This document shows, one piece after another, positions 26,536 through 36,548 of a DNA stretch of 64,000 nucleotides. The notes under the pieces were generated by a model that made no database searches, was not told the origin of the DNA, and worked only from the letters and a program-made list of their open reading frames with translations. The DNA is from an uncultured Eubacteriales bacterium (GTDB taxonomy: Bacteria; Bacillota; Clostridia; Oscillospirales; QAKW01). Position numbers and translations under genes: made by a program. Within the stretch, counting starts at the first letter, position 1. Each line of letters begins with the position of its first letter. The stretch is from positions 34,446 to 98,445 of the forward strand of contig CAYRYQ010000001.1 in NCBI GenBank assembly GCA_964428505.1, written 5' to 3'.

Positions 26536-28923
26536 TTAAAGATTGCGGCTGACACAAATTTCCCGGAACTCGTCCATGCTCACCAGCACCTGCCTTGGTT
26601 TGGAGCCCTCAAAGGGCCCCACAATACCGAGCGCCTCCATTTCATCCACAATGCGCGCCGCCCTGGCATATCCCAGTTTCAGCTTTCGCTGTAAAAAGGA
26701 GGTAGACGCCATTTTAGCCTCGATGACGCATTCGCAGGCGGGCACCAGCAGCTCATCATGCCCGGATTCTTCTCCGCCTTCCGTGGCGCCGGGCTTCCCG
26801 CTCTGTGTGGCGATGGTTTCAATATCCGTAATGGCTTCCTGATCGTAATCGGACCCGATCGAGTTATTCTTGATATACGAAACCACGGCCTCCACCTCGC
26901 TGTCGGCCACAAAGCAGCCCTGTACCCTGAGCGGCTTGTTGGCGCCCACCGGTTTATAGAGCATATCGCCGCGGCCCAGCAGTTTTTCGGCGCCGTTTTC
27001 ATCCAGAATGATCCGGGAATTAATAGAGTTGTCCACTGTAAACGCAATTCTGGAGGGAATATTGGCTTTAATCAAACCGGTCACAACGTCTGCCGATGGC
27101 CGTTGGGTCGCCACAATCAAATGGATCCCCGCGGCCCGGGCTTTCGCGCACAGACGGCAAATATAATCCTCCACTTCCTTGGAGGAAACCATCATCAGGT
27201 CTGCCAGCTCATCGATCACCACCACAATCCGGGGCATCGGCAGAAAGCCTTCGTGCGCCTTTGCATAGGCATTATAAGCATCTAAATTCCGCACCTGCGT
27301 ATTTTTCATCAGGTCATAGCGGCGGTCCATTTCGGTGCAGGCCCACTGCAGCGTGCCCGCCGCCTTTTTCGGATTGGTCACCACCGGAATCAAAAGATGC
27401 GGGATTCCGTTGTAAACGTCCATCTCCACCGCTTTCGGATCAATTAAGATCAGCCGAAGCTCTTCCGGCGGCGCCTTATAGAGAAAGGACATCAAGATCG
27501 TGTTGATGCACACCGATTTGCCGGACCCGGTGGTGCCCGCCACCAGCAGATGCGGCATTTTAGACACATCAAAGGTGATCAGATTGCCGGCAATATCTTT
27601 TCCCAGCGCTGCCGTAAGCGGGCTTTTCCCATCCTGGAAGGACGGGGAAGTGAGCACTTCGCGCAAATAGACCGTGCTGACCGTTTTGTTGGGGATTTCA
27701 ATTCCAACGGCCGCTTTCCCCGGAATAGGGGCCTCAATCCGCACCTGTGTCGCAGCTAAAGTCAGCGCCAGATCGTCGGAGAGTGCTGCAATGCGGCTCA
27801 CCCGCGTTCCGGCACGGGGCGCCAACTCAAACCGGGTCACATTGGGGCCCACCGATATCCCGGTCATGCTGGCCTCAATCCCGAAATCATGCAGTGTCTG
27901 GATCAGGGTTTCCTCCTTTTCCCGCAGCTCTGTTTGGGAAGCCCCCGCCCCCTTACGGCCCAGCTTTAAAAGAGAAAGCGGCGGAAAATTATAAAAATGC
28001 AGCTGTTCTCCGGTCATGGCCGGCTCTGGCGGCTTCTTTGCCGCGGGATTTTCCGGCCGCTTCTTTACCGCGACCGCGCGCTCCTCCGTTTCCTGCGCCG
28101 GATATCCTCCGATCTCTGACGGATCGATATAACCCTCCGGGGTTACATCATCATAAACAAAAATCGGGGTGATTCCGACCGCCTGCTCCTCAAAATCATG
28201 CTCCTCCGGTTGAAGCGGTGTCACATCGATAATCGGCTCCTCCGGCACGTCTTCCGCTTCCAGATCTGAAAAGCGCCTTGCTTCGCCCTGTTTTTCCTGT
28301 CTGCGTTCCACCAGCTCCGGCTGCTCCCGCTTTTCTCTATAATGCCGAAACAACCGCCGAAACGGATAAGCCAACTGATACAAGGTGAGATCAAAAAAGA
28401 ACAGCACCGCGATCAAAGTCAGGGCTGTAATCAAAATGCCAAACCCCCATTTAGACATCAGCGCAATCAGGGGGCAGGCCAAAACGCCGCCCAAAACGCC
28501 GCCCTGCAGCTGCAGCCCCTGCCGCCAGAATTGCGGCAACCCCTCCACAAAAAAGCGGGAGAAGGTATAGGGCCCCGGATACCAAAAGAAATAGCTGGTC
28601 CCGGAGACGACGGTCGCCAAAATCAACCCCATCCAGACCTTGACCATGGTGCTGTAGCGCTTGTCCCGATCCAGCGCATCAATGCCAATCCAAAGTAAAA
28701 ATACTGGAAATAACAAGGAAGCAAATCCAAACAGCCCGTAAAGCAGCTGATTCACCACCAAACTTTTCAGCGGCACCCGGATCGGCGTATATAAATAGAT
28801 GGCCATTAAAAGCGCCAGCGCGAAAAAAATCACCGCATCAATACTGCGGCGGGTCGCAGCCCGTTTTTCTGTCTGCGCCTGCTCTTGTTCCATCTGCAAT
28901 TGTTTATTTGATTTTCTCGGCAC
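26536..28923 (-). CDS. ftsK: DNA translocase FtsK/SpoIIIE
   Basis: 795 aa. N-terminal TM segments, Walker A GTTGSGKSV, and a C-terminal gamma (winged-helix) domain. Confidence 0.95.
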   Translation of the reverse strand: MPRKSNKQLQMEQEQAQTEKRAATRRSIDAVIFFALALLMAIYLYTPIRVPLKSLVVNQLLYGLFGFASLLFPVFLLWIGIDALDRDKRYSTMVKVWMGLILATVVSGTSYFFWYPGPYTFSRFFVEGLPQFWRQGLQLQGGVLGGVLACPLIALMSKWGFGILITALTLIAVLFFFDLTLYQLAYPFRRLFRHYREKREQPELVERRQEKQGEARRFSDLEAEDVPEEPIIDVTPLQPEEHDFEEQAVGITPIFVYDDVTPEGYIDPSEIGGYPAQETEERAVAVKKRPENPAAKKPPEPAMTGEQLHFYNFPPLSLLKLGRKGAGASQTELREKEETLIQTLHDFGIEASMTGISVGPNVTRFELAPRAGTRVSRIAALSDDLALTLAATQVRIEAPIPGKAAVGIEIPNKTVSTVYLREVLTSPSFQDGKSPLTAALGKDIAGNLITFDVSKMPHLLVAGTTGSGKSVCINTILMSFLYKAPPEELRLILIDPKAVEMDVYNGIPHLLIPVVTNPKKAAGTLQWACTEMDRRYDLMKNTQVRNLDAYNAYAKAHEGFLPMPRIVVVIDELADLMMVSSKEVEDYICRLCAKARAAGIHLIVATQRPSADVVTGLIKANIPSRIAFTVDNSINSRIILDENGAEKLLGRGDMLYKPVGANKPLRVQGCFVADSEVEAVVSYIKNNSIGSDYDQEAITDIETIATQSGKPGATEGGEESGHDELLVPACECVIEAKMASTSFLQRKLKLGYARAARIVDEMEALGIVGPFEGSKPRQVLVSMDEFREICVSRNL

Positions 28924-28947
28924 GCATTATTCCTCCTTCATTTTACC

Positions 28948-29781
28948 TTAAAGCGCCGCATGCAGCGCGATAGCCAGCACACCCATTCCTGCACAATAAA
29001 CAACCAGCCAGCCAATGCGGTCCCGTTTAATCAGAAAACGCAGCAACCAAAGGCCGGTGTACACCGCCGCAACCACCGCAAAAAAGGCACAAAGAACGGC
29101 CAGCCAAGGCAGCTGCATTAAAGCGGATAGCTGATTCATTTTTAAAAATCCTGCGCCGATCAGCGCAGGGACCGCCAAAACGAGAGAAAATTCCGCCGCC
29201 GCTTCGCGGGTAAACCCCATGTTCATCGCCATACTCAGCGTGGTCCCCATGCGAGAAAGGCCCGGAAGTGTAGCAAACGCCTGAAAAAGCCCCAGCTTGA
29301 TCGCATGTGTCCCCTGCATTTCCCGCAGATCCCGCTTGCCCGGAAGACTGTGATCTCCGATAAACAACAGCCCGCCCATCAAGAGAGAGGTTACCCCCAA
29401 AAACAGCAGGCTGCCGCCAAACAAGGCGCTGTAATTCCAATAATGACGCAGCCCCGCCGCCAGAAGAAGCGGCAAGGAGGCGGGCAGCCCAAAAACCGCC
29501 ATTTTCTGATATCGGTTGGCTTTCCTCCATTTGAAACTGCCCTTCATCATGCCGGCCGACATCCCCCCAACGCCTTTCAGCATCTGAAAAAAGGTCTTGC
29601 GCAAGGCAAAAAGAAGCGCAGCCGCCGCACTCCACTGCATCAGCACCACAAGCCCGCCATTTTCCGATAAAGCCGCCGGAGCCGCTTTTTGCAGCATCAA
29701 CAGGGGCGCGGCTCCGCTTACCGGCAAAATCGCTCCCCATCCATAAAACAATCCCATTAAAAAGCTATAAAAATAGGCCAT
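28948..29781 (-). CDS. BacA/UppP-family membrane protein with a degenerate first catalytic motif
   Basis: 277 aa and polytopic. The second family motif is kept (PGLSRMGTT...AAAEFSLVLAVPALIGAG). The first motif reads GWGAILPVSGAAP where canonical UppP has EGLTEFLPVSSTGH. Confidence 0.65.
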   Translation of the reverse strand: MAYFYSFLMGLFYGWGAILPVSGAAPLLMLQKAAPAALSENGGLVVLMQWSAAAALLFALRKTFFQMLKGVGGMSAGMMKGSFKWRKANRYQKMAVFGLPASLPLLLAAGLRHYWNYSALFGGSLLFLGVTSLLMGGLLFIGDHSLPGKRDLREMQGTHAIKLGLFQAFATLPGLSRMGTTLSMAMNMGFTREAAAEFSLVLAVPALIGAGFLKMNQLSALMQLPWLAVLCAFFAVVAAVYTGLWLLRFLIKRDRIGWLVVYCAGMGVLAIALHAAL

Positions 29782-29871
29782 AGTACCTCCATTTTTTCTG
29801 TCAGAGCGCAGTGATCCATAATAAATTTATTATATCATCTCTATATTTTTATTGCAACAACGATTTTTTAC

Positions 29872-29900
29872 TTGACATGTTGCCATAAATCCCCTATAAT
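29872..29900 (+). promoter_or_regulatory. consensus sigma-A promoter upstream of rny
   Basis: TTGACA (29872-29877), a 17-nt spacer, then TATAAT (29895-29900). Confidence 0.75.
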
Positions 29901-30025
29901 TTTCATTGGTGTATTAGTATTTTTCTACAAATGTCAGCATGCGTTTCTTTGTAGAAAGGATCTGATATCTGCCGGGCGTGGTAAGACGCCCTTTTTAAAA
30001 AAAATCATAACAGGAGGCGAATGAA

Positions 30026-31579
30026 GTGACGCAATTGCAAATCATTCTCACCGTTGTGATTGTTGCTGTTATTGTAGGCTTTGCCATGTTTATCGCAGGC
30101 TTTTTATATCGCAAAAAGGTCAGTGAAAAGCAAATCGGTTCCGCCAAGGACGAGGCGAAGCGTATCATCAACGATGCGATTAAAACTGCTGAGACAAAAA
30201 AGAAGGAAGCCCTTTTGGAAGCCAAAGAAGAGCTGCTGAAGGAGCGAACGGATCAGGAAAAGGAGTTAAAAGAGCGTCGAATTGAGGTAACACGACAAGA
30301 AAAACGGTTGCAACAGCGAGAAGAAGTTCTCGACAAGAAGTATGACAATATCGACCGCAAGGAGGAGCTGCTGGCCGAAAAGCAACAGAAGGTTGAGCAG
30401 CTGCAGGAAGAAGCCGAAAACGTAAAAAAATCGCAGATTGCTGTTTTGGAACGTATTTCAGGCTATACTTCAGAGGCGGCCAAGGCCGAACTGCTGCACA
30501 TGATGGATTCGGAGCTGGAGCATGAATATGCCCAACGAATCAGTGCGCAGGAACTGCATTTTAAAGAAGAAGTCGATGAGCGGGCCAAACAAATGCTCTC
30601 TCTGGCTATTCAGAAATGTGCGGCAGACCACGTGGTGGAATCCACCGTTTCCGTTGTTCCGCTGCCCAGCGATGAAATGAAGGGCCGGATCATCGGCCGG
30701 GAAGGCCGCAACATCCGGGCATTGGAAACCATCACCGGCGTGGATCTGATCATCGACGATACGCCGGAAGCGATCACCCTTTCCAGCTTTGATCCGATCC
30801 GCCGTGAGGTGGCGCGGCAGACGCTGGAAAAGCTGATCTCTGATGGGCGGATCCATCCAGCCCGCATCGAAGAAACCGTTGAAAAGGTCCGGCGCGATCT
30901 GGAGGTCGCCATGAAGAAGGAGGGCGAGCGGGCCACCTTTGAAACCGGCGTTCACGGGCTGCATCCCGATTTGATCAAATTGCTCGGTCGGCAGAAATAC
31001 CGGACCAGTTACGGCCAAAATGTGCTCAATCATTCGATTGAAGTTTCACAGCTCAGCGGCCTGATCGCCGCGGAAGTCGGCGCGGACATCACCCTTGCCA
31101 AACGGGCGGGTTTGCTCCACGATATCGGCAAGAGCGTGGACTTTGAGATGGAAGGCTCTCATATCCAGATCGGGGTCGACATTGCCAAAAAATACAAAGA
31201 AAACGAAACCGTGGTGCACGCAATCGCTGCGCATCACGGCGATGTGGAAACGGTTTCCATCTATGATGCGATCGTGCAGGCGGCGGATGCCATTTCTGCC
31301 GCACGCCCCGGCGCAAGACGCGAAAATCTTGAAAATTATATCAAGCGGCTGGAGAAACTGGAGGAGATCGCCAATTCCTTCCCGGGGGTGGAAAAAACCT
31401 TTGCCATTCAGGCCGGCCGGGAAATTCGGATCATGGTGAATCCCGAAAAGATTTCCGATGATAAGCTGGCGGTTCTTTCCCACGATATTGTGAAAAAGAT
31501 TGAATCCGAGCTGGAATATCCGGGGCAGATCAAGGTGCACTTGATTCGGGAAAGCCGTGCCATCGATTACGCAAAATAA
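30026..31579 (+). CDS. rny: ribonuclease Y
   Basis: 517 aa. N-terminal TM helix, coiled coil, KH domain ([12 protein letters not shown]) and HD domain (LLHDIGK). GTG start 8 nt after AGGAGG. Confidence 0.95.
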   Translation: MTQLQIILTVVIVAVIVGFAMFIAGFLYRKKVSEKQIGSAKDEAKRIINDAIKTAETKKKEALLEAKEELLKERTDQEKELKERRIEVTRQEKRLQQREEVLDKKYDNIDRKEELLAEKQQKVEQLQEEAENVKKSQIAVLERISGYTSEAAKAELLHMMDSELEHEYAQRISAQELHFKEEVDERAKQMLSLAIQKCAADHVVESTVSVVPLPSDEMKGRIIGREGRNIRALETITGVDLIIDDTPEAITLSSFDPIRREVARQTLEKLISDGRIHPARIEETVEKVRRDLEVAMKKEGERATFETGVHGLHPDLIKLLGRQKYRTSYGQNVLNHSIEVSQLSGLIAAEVGADITLAKRAGLLHDIGKSVDFEMEGSHIQIGVDIAKKYKENETVVHAIAAHHGDVETVSIYDAIVQAADAISAARPGARRENLENYIKRLEKLEEIANSFPGVEKTFAIQAGREIRIMVNPEKISDDKLAVLSHDIVKKIESELEYPGQIKVHLIRESRAIDYAK

Positions 31580-31602
31580 AGATTAGCTCTGTTCTTAAAT
31601 AT

Positions 31603-31638
31603 AAAAACGAGGCTGTTGCGGAAAACAGCCTCGTTTTT
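31603..31638. terminator. bidirectional rho-independent terminator (rny / rsmG convergent)
   Basis: aaaaacgaggctgtt gcggaa aacagcctcgttttt, a perfect 15-bp stem. Confidence 0.85.
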
Positions 31639-31664
31639 ATATTTCCCATTTTTATTTAAGCGCT

Positions 31665-32384
31665 TTAAAGCGGTTTTTCTTTGATCCACTTTTGCGCGCG
31701 GGGATAAGCATCCGGCGTAGGCCGCGTTTTTCGAATCACAATCAGTGCCCGCCGGTCTTCTTCCCCAGGCAAGGCATAGTGATAAACCCGCTCCACTTTT
31801 CCGCCCAACAGGGAAAGCGCCTCAACGGCCTTGGACTGCTCTTCCGCGGCGGCGGCCCCTTTATACGCCACAAAAATTCCGCCCGGCTTCACCAGAGGCA
31901 AACAATATTCACAAAGCTTTGGCAGCTCCGCCACCGCCCTGGAAACAGCACCGTCAAACTGCTCTCTTAAGGAGGGCTCACGCCCGGCGTCTTCTGCCCG
32001 CAGATGCAGGGTTCGGATCCCCGTCAGATCCAGCGCGGCAATGACCTCATCCAAAAATCGCAGCCGCTTCTGCAGGGAATCCAGCAGCACAAATTGCAGC
32101 TGCGGTGCCGCCAGCTTCAGCGGAACCGAGGGAAACCCCGCGCCGCAGCCCACATCCACCAGCCGCGCGTCAGCCGAAAAAACACCCCGGAACAGCGGGT
32201 AAAGGCTATCCCAATAATGCTTCTTTTCCATTTCCGCGGGATCGGTGATGGCCGTCAGATTCATCACCTTATTTTTTTCCAGAAGCAGTGCCTCAAAGCG
32301 CTGCAGACGCTCGGAAAATCGGGCGTCCGGGGTCAGCCCCTCCACTGCCATCAGGCGCAGCAGTTCACTCATGTGTTGATCCAT
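31665..32384 (-). CDS. rsmG: 16S rRNA (guanine527-N7)-methyltransferase
   Basis: GidB family (NLTAITDPAEMEKKHYWDSL, VDVGCGAGFPSVPLK). The ATG at 32384 is preferred because GGAGG lies 7 nt upstream. Confidence 0.9.
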   Translation of the reverse strand: MDQHMSELLRLMAVEGLTPDARFSERLQRFEALLLEKNKVMNLTAITDPAEMEKKHYWDSLYPLFRGVFSADARLVDVGCGAGFPSVPLKLAAPQLQFVLLDSLQKRLRFLDEVIAALDLTGIRTLHLRAEDAGREPSLREQFDGAVSRAVAELPKLCEYCLPLVKPGGIFVAYKGAAAAEEQSKAVEALSLLGGKVERVYHYALPGEEDRRALIVIRKTRPTPDAYPRAQKWIKEKPL

Positions 32385-34257
32385 GTTCCCGCCTCCTTTG
32401 CTCGAGGGCAATCATCAGCACGCTGATGTCTGCCGGGCTCACGCCGCTGATCCGGCTGGCTTGGCCCAGACTGACCGGGCGCACGACACTAAGCTTCTGG
32501 CGCGCCTCCAGCCGCAGGCCGGCAATTGCCTGATAATCCAGATCCGGCGGCAGACGATGCTGCTCCAGCTTTTGAAATTCCTTCACCTTTGCCAGCTGCT
32601 TTTCAATATAGCCCTCGTATTTGATGGTAATTTCGGCCTGCCGACCTTCCGCGCCGGTCAGTGCCGGACGATCCGAATCCACCGGCGCCAACGAAAAATA
32701 GGAAACCTGCGGCCGCGCGATCAGCTCTGCCAGAGAAGCGCCGCCCGTCAGCGGGGCGGTGCCGCAATCCTCCAGAATACGGCGCAGGGCCCCGTCGGTA
32801 TGCGAAAGATGGGTATGCCGCAGGCGGTGAATTTCCTCTTCAATATGCGCTTTTTTCGTTAAAAACTTCTGATAGCGCTCTTCTGATAACAACCCCAGCC
32901 GGTATCCCAGCGGCGTCAGGCGCAGATCAGCGTTATCCTGCCGCAGCAGCAGCCGGTATTCGCTGCGGCTGGTCATCATCCGGTAGGGCTCCGGCGTGCC
33001 CTTTGTGACCAGATCATCAATCAGCGTGCCAATATAGGAGGACGCCCGGTCCAGAATAAACGGCGGCCGCTCCAGCACCTTCAGGGCCGCGTTGATGCCT
33101 GCCAAGAGCCCCTGCGCCGCCGCTTCCTCATATCCGGACGAACCGTTGAATTGCCCTGCGCCATACAGGCCGGATAGCGCCTTAAACTCCAGCGAGGGAA
33201 ATAATGCCTGCGGATCCACGCAGTCGTATTGAATGGCATAGGCCACCCGCATGATCTGCGCTTGCTCCAAACCCGGAATGGTGTGAATCAGTGCCCGCTG
33301 CACATATTCCGGCAGGGAAGAGGAAAGCCCCTGCAGATACATTTCTTCGGTATCCAGTCCGCAGGGTTCCACGAACAGCTGATGCGTGTTTTTTTCTTTA
33401 AAGCGCATGATTTTATCTTCAATGCTGGGGCAATAGCGTGGGCCGATCCCATGGATCTGCCCGCTGTAGATCGGGGAAAGATGAATGTTCTCCCGAATGA
33501 TCCGGTGCGTTTCTTCGTTGGTCCCGGTCAGATAGCAAACCACCTGATTTTTGCCCGGCTGCTCCGTGGTGAACGAAAAAGGAATAATTTCCTCATCGCC
33601 TTCCTGTACCTCCATTTTGGAAAAATCCAGGGAACGCCGGTTGACCCGCGCCGGCGTACCGGTTTTAAACCGACGCAGAGGCACCCCCAGCTGCTGCAAG
33701 CAGTCGCTCAGCCGGTTGGCGGGAAACATCCCGTCCGGCCCGCCGGGGTACTGGTTCTCCCCCACGATAATCTCGCCCTTCAAATAGGTTCCGGTGGCTA
33801 AGATCACCGCTTTCGCGCGGTAAAACGCCCCCAGATGGGTCACCACCCCCGTCACGGCGCCATTCTCGGCTGTCAGCTCCACAATTTCCGCCTGAATCAG
33901 CGAAAGCCCCTGCTGCTGTTCCAGCGCACGCTTCATATACCGGCTGTAATCCTTCCGGTCCGACTGCACGCGCAGCGAATGAACGGCGGGGCCCTTCCCT
34001 AAGTTCAGCATCCGGCTTTGCAAAAAGGTAGCGTCTGCTGCTTTCCCCATTTCACCGCCCAAAGCATCGATCTCACAGACCAGATGCCCCTTTGCGGTTC
34101 CGCCGATCGACGGATTACAGGGCATATTTCCCACGGCGTCCAGACAGATGGTAAAAACCCCCACACTGCAGCCAAGACGCGCCGCGCTCAGGCCCGCTTC
34201 AATCCCCGCGTGCCCGGCGCCGATAACCACCACATCAAAAGTATCCACGTAATACAT
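32365..34257 (-). CDS. mnmG: tRNA uridine 5-carboxymethylaminomethyl modification enzyme MnmG (GidA)
   Basis: 630 aa with the FAD motif FDVVVIGAGHAGIEA. Canonical origin-proximal synteny. Confidence 0.97.
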   Translation of the reverse strand: MYYVDTFDVVVIGAGHAGIEAGLSAARLGCSVGVFTICLDAVGNMPCNPSIGGTAKGHLVCEIDALGGEMGKAADATFLQSRMLNLGKGPAVHSLRVQSDRKDYSRYMKRALEQQQGLSLIQAEIVELTAENGAVTGVVTHLGAFYRAKAVILATGTYLKGEIIVGENQYPGGPDGMFPANRLSDCLQQLGVPLRRFKTGTPARVNRRSLDFSKMEVQEGDEEIIPFSFTTEQPGKNQVVCYLTGTNEETHRIIRENIHLSPIYSGQIHGIGPRYCPSIEDKIMRFKEKNTHQLFVEPCGLDTEEMYLQGLSSSLPEYVQRALIHTIPGLEQAQIMRVAYAIQYDCVDPQALFPSLEFKALSGLYGAGQFNGSSGYEEAAAQGLLAGINAALKVLERPPFILDRASSYIGTLIDDLVTKGTPEPYRMMTSRSEYRLLLRQDNADLRLTPLGYRLGLLSEERYQKFLTKKAHIEEEIHRLRHTHLSHTDGALRRILEDCGTAPLTGGASLAELIARPQVSYFSLAPVDSDRPALTGAEGRQAEITIKYEGYIEKQLAKVKEFQKLEQHRLPPDLDYQAIAGLRLEARQKLSVVRPVSLGQASRISGVSPADISVLMIALEQRRREHGSTHE

Positions 34258-34266
34258 GCTAATCCT

Positions 34267-35622
34267 CTATTTCCCCACACAAAACCGGGAAAAAATCCGG
34301 TCAATCATCTGCTCTGTTACGGTTTGCCCCGTAACCTCCCCCAAAGCGGCTGCAGCCTCTGTAATATCAATCGACACCAAGTCCGGCGTAAAGCCCTGCT
34401 TCAGCCCATCCATGGCCTGCGTCAATGCACGGTGCGCTTCCTGCAACCGCTCTGCCTGCTTCGCACCGGTCAGCACTCCGTCGGTCACCGTATCTCCCAC
34501 GGAAAAACAGGTCCGCACCCATTGGTCCAGCGCTTCACAGCCCGCGCCATTCTGCGCGGAGATTGTTACAACATGTTTAAAATGCTCTTTAATATACGAA
34601 TCGTTGATTTTTTGAGGTAAATCCGCCTTATTGATCACCGCCAAATTGACTTGCCCTCCATACTGTGCGGCAATGTATCGATCATCCTCTTCCAGAGGGC
34701 GGGAGCCATCGAACAGAGCAAAGACCACCTGTGCCGCCAGAGCCTTCTCCCGGGCGAGGGAAATGCCCTGCATCTCGATCGGATCCTCTGTCGCATGAAT
34801 CCCCGCCGTATCCGCCAAATGACATTTTAAGCCGCCCAGCTGACATCCTTCGGTTACCAGATCCCGGGTCGTTCCAGGCAGGGGGGAAACAATACTGCGC
34901 CGGTAACCCAACAGCTGATTCAGCAAGGTGCTTTTCCCCACATTCGGCGCGCCGACAATGGCAATCTGCAGCCCTTCCCGGATCAGCTGCCCTTTACGGC
35001 TGTCGGCGAGCAATCTTTCCAGCTGTTGGCCCGCCTCCATAAGAAGCTGCAGCGTATCTTCCTCCGGCGCCTCAACCTCTTCCGGAAAATCCACATAGGC
35101 CAGCAGCGCGGTGTTTAAATCCACCAGCCGTTCATAAAGAGCCTGTATTTCCGCCGAAAGATGCCCATTCAGCTGGGAGAGCGCATTTTTCTGCTCCGCC
35201 CTGGAAGAAGCCTCAATCAGGTCGATCACCGCCTGTGCCCGCACCAGATCCATCTTTCCGTTTAAAAAAGCCCGCTTGGAAAATTCGCCTGGCTCCGCAA
35301 GCGATGCGCCTTTTTGAATCAGCAGCTTTAAAACACTGTCCAGAACAAACAGTCCGCCGTGGCAGCATAGCTCCACCACATCCTCTCCGGTATAGGAACG
35401 GGGGCCTTGATAAAAGGTGGCCACCACCTCGTCAAACACCTCGCCGTCGGCTTCCACACGACAATAAGTGGCATGATGGGACGCCGGAAGCGGCAGCGGC
35501 GTTCCGTCTCTTCTTTTCAGCACAGACAATGCCAGCGAAAACGCGCTGCTGCCGCTGAGGCGAATAATCCCTAAAGCGGCGGTGGCCGGCGCCGTGGCGA
35601 TCGCACAAATGGTTCGGGACAT
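34267..35622 (-). CDS. mnmE: tRNA modification GTPase MnmE (TrmE)
   Basis: 451 aa. G1 motif GAPNVGKST and the C-terminal FCVGK tetrapeptide. Confidence 0.97.
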   Translation of the reverse strand: MSRTICAIATAPATAALGIIRLSGSSAFSLALSVLKRRDGTPLPLPASHHATYCRVEADGEVFDEVVATFYQGPRSYTGEDVVELCCHGGLFVLDSVLKLLIQKGASLAEPGEFSKRAFLNGKMDLVRAQAVIDLIEASSRAEQKNALSQLNGHLSAEIQALYERLVDLNTALLAYVDFPEEVEAPEEDTLQLLMEAGQQLERLLADSRKGQLIREGLQIAIVGAPNVGKSTLLNQLLGYRRSIVSPLPGTTRDLVTEGCQLGGLKCHLADTAGIHATEDPIEMQGISLAREKALAAQVVFALFDGSRPLEEDDRYIAAQYGGQVNLAVINKADLPQKINDSYIKEHFKHVVTISAQNGAGCEALDQWVRTCFSVGDTVTDGVLTGAKQAERLQEAHRALTQAMDGLKQGFTPDLVSIDITEAAAALGEVTGQTVTEQMIDRIFSRFCVGK

Positions 35623-35682
35623 GGCTTTTCAGAACCTCCTCAACAAAAAGGGCCGGGGCCAAAAAGGCGCCCGACCCGCTTT

Positions 35683-36537
35683 TTACTTTTTATAGCTGAC
35701 AACCACTCTTCGTTTTGGCTCACTGCCCACAGAAAAGGTGGTGATATGCTCCCGGTCGGTCAACGCCGCATGGATAATTCTGCGCTCATAAGGGCTCATG
35801 GGTTCCATGGTAATATTCCGCTTATATTTCAACGCCTTCTCTGCGTTCTTTTCCGCCAGGTTTTCCAGGGTTTTAACGCGTTTTGCCCGATAATGCTCGG
35901 TGTCCAGCGTTACCCTCAGTTTCTCATTGCGGCCTTTATTGATCACCAGCATGCAAAGATACTGCACCGCATCCAATGTCTCGCCCCGACGGCCGATCAG
36001 CACGCCCATTTTCGATCCGCTGACTTCCACATAATAGTGATCCGGCTCCCCGATGAAAACACGGACCCCTCCGCCTTCATCCGCGCCGATATAGCCCAGC
36101 AAACCCTTCACAAAAACGATCAGCTGCTGCGCCACCTCATCCTCAACGGGCTTTTTCTCCACCGCGTCAACCGCGACCGGTGCCGGGTTTATCACCTTTA
36201 TTTCTGTGCTTTCCCGCACTTCTTTTTTCTCTACATTTTCTTTTCTGCCCTGCTCTTTGGGGCTTTTTTTGGAGAGCTTCTCCGGCTCCCATTTCGAAGC
36301 GGCTTCCGGTGCTTCCTTCTGCTCCGCGTTCTTTTGAACCGATTGCTTTTTCTCTTCCGGCACATTCATCTCCACACGGATCTTTGCCAGGGTCGCACCA
36401 ATGCCGAAAATGCCTTTGGTCGGGGTTTCCTCCACCGTATAGCTCAGCAGATCCTTGTCTTGCCCCAACTCCGCCGCCGCTTTTTCCACCGCTGCCTCAA
36501 TGGTTTTTCCCTCAAAAAACAATTCCTTGATTGCCAT
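35683..36537 (-). CDS. jag: Jag/KhpB RNA-binding protein (KH + R3H domains)
   Basis: It starts MAIKELFFEGKTIEAAVEKA. The C-terminal R3H-type region includes ERRIIHAAL. Its position after yidC is canonical. Confidence 0.85.
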   Translation of the reverse strand: MAIKELFFEGKTIEAAVEKAAAELGQDKDLLSYTVEETPTKGIFGIGATLAKIRVEMNVPEEKKQSVQKNAEQKEAPEAASKWEPEKLSKKSPKEQGRKENVEKKEVRESTEIKVINPAPVAVDAVEKKPVEDEVAQQLIVFVKGLLGYIGADEGGGVRVFIGEPDHYYVEVSGSKMGVLIGRRGETLDAVQYLCMLVINKGRNEKLRVTLDTEHYRAKRVKTLENLAEKNAEKALKYKRNITMEPMSPYERRIIHAALTDREHITTFSVGSEPKRRVVVSYKK

Positions 36538-36548
36538 ATCGTATTCCC

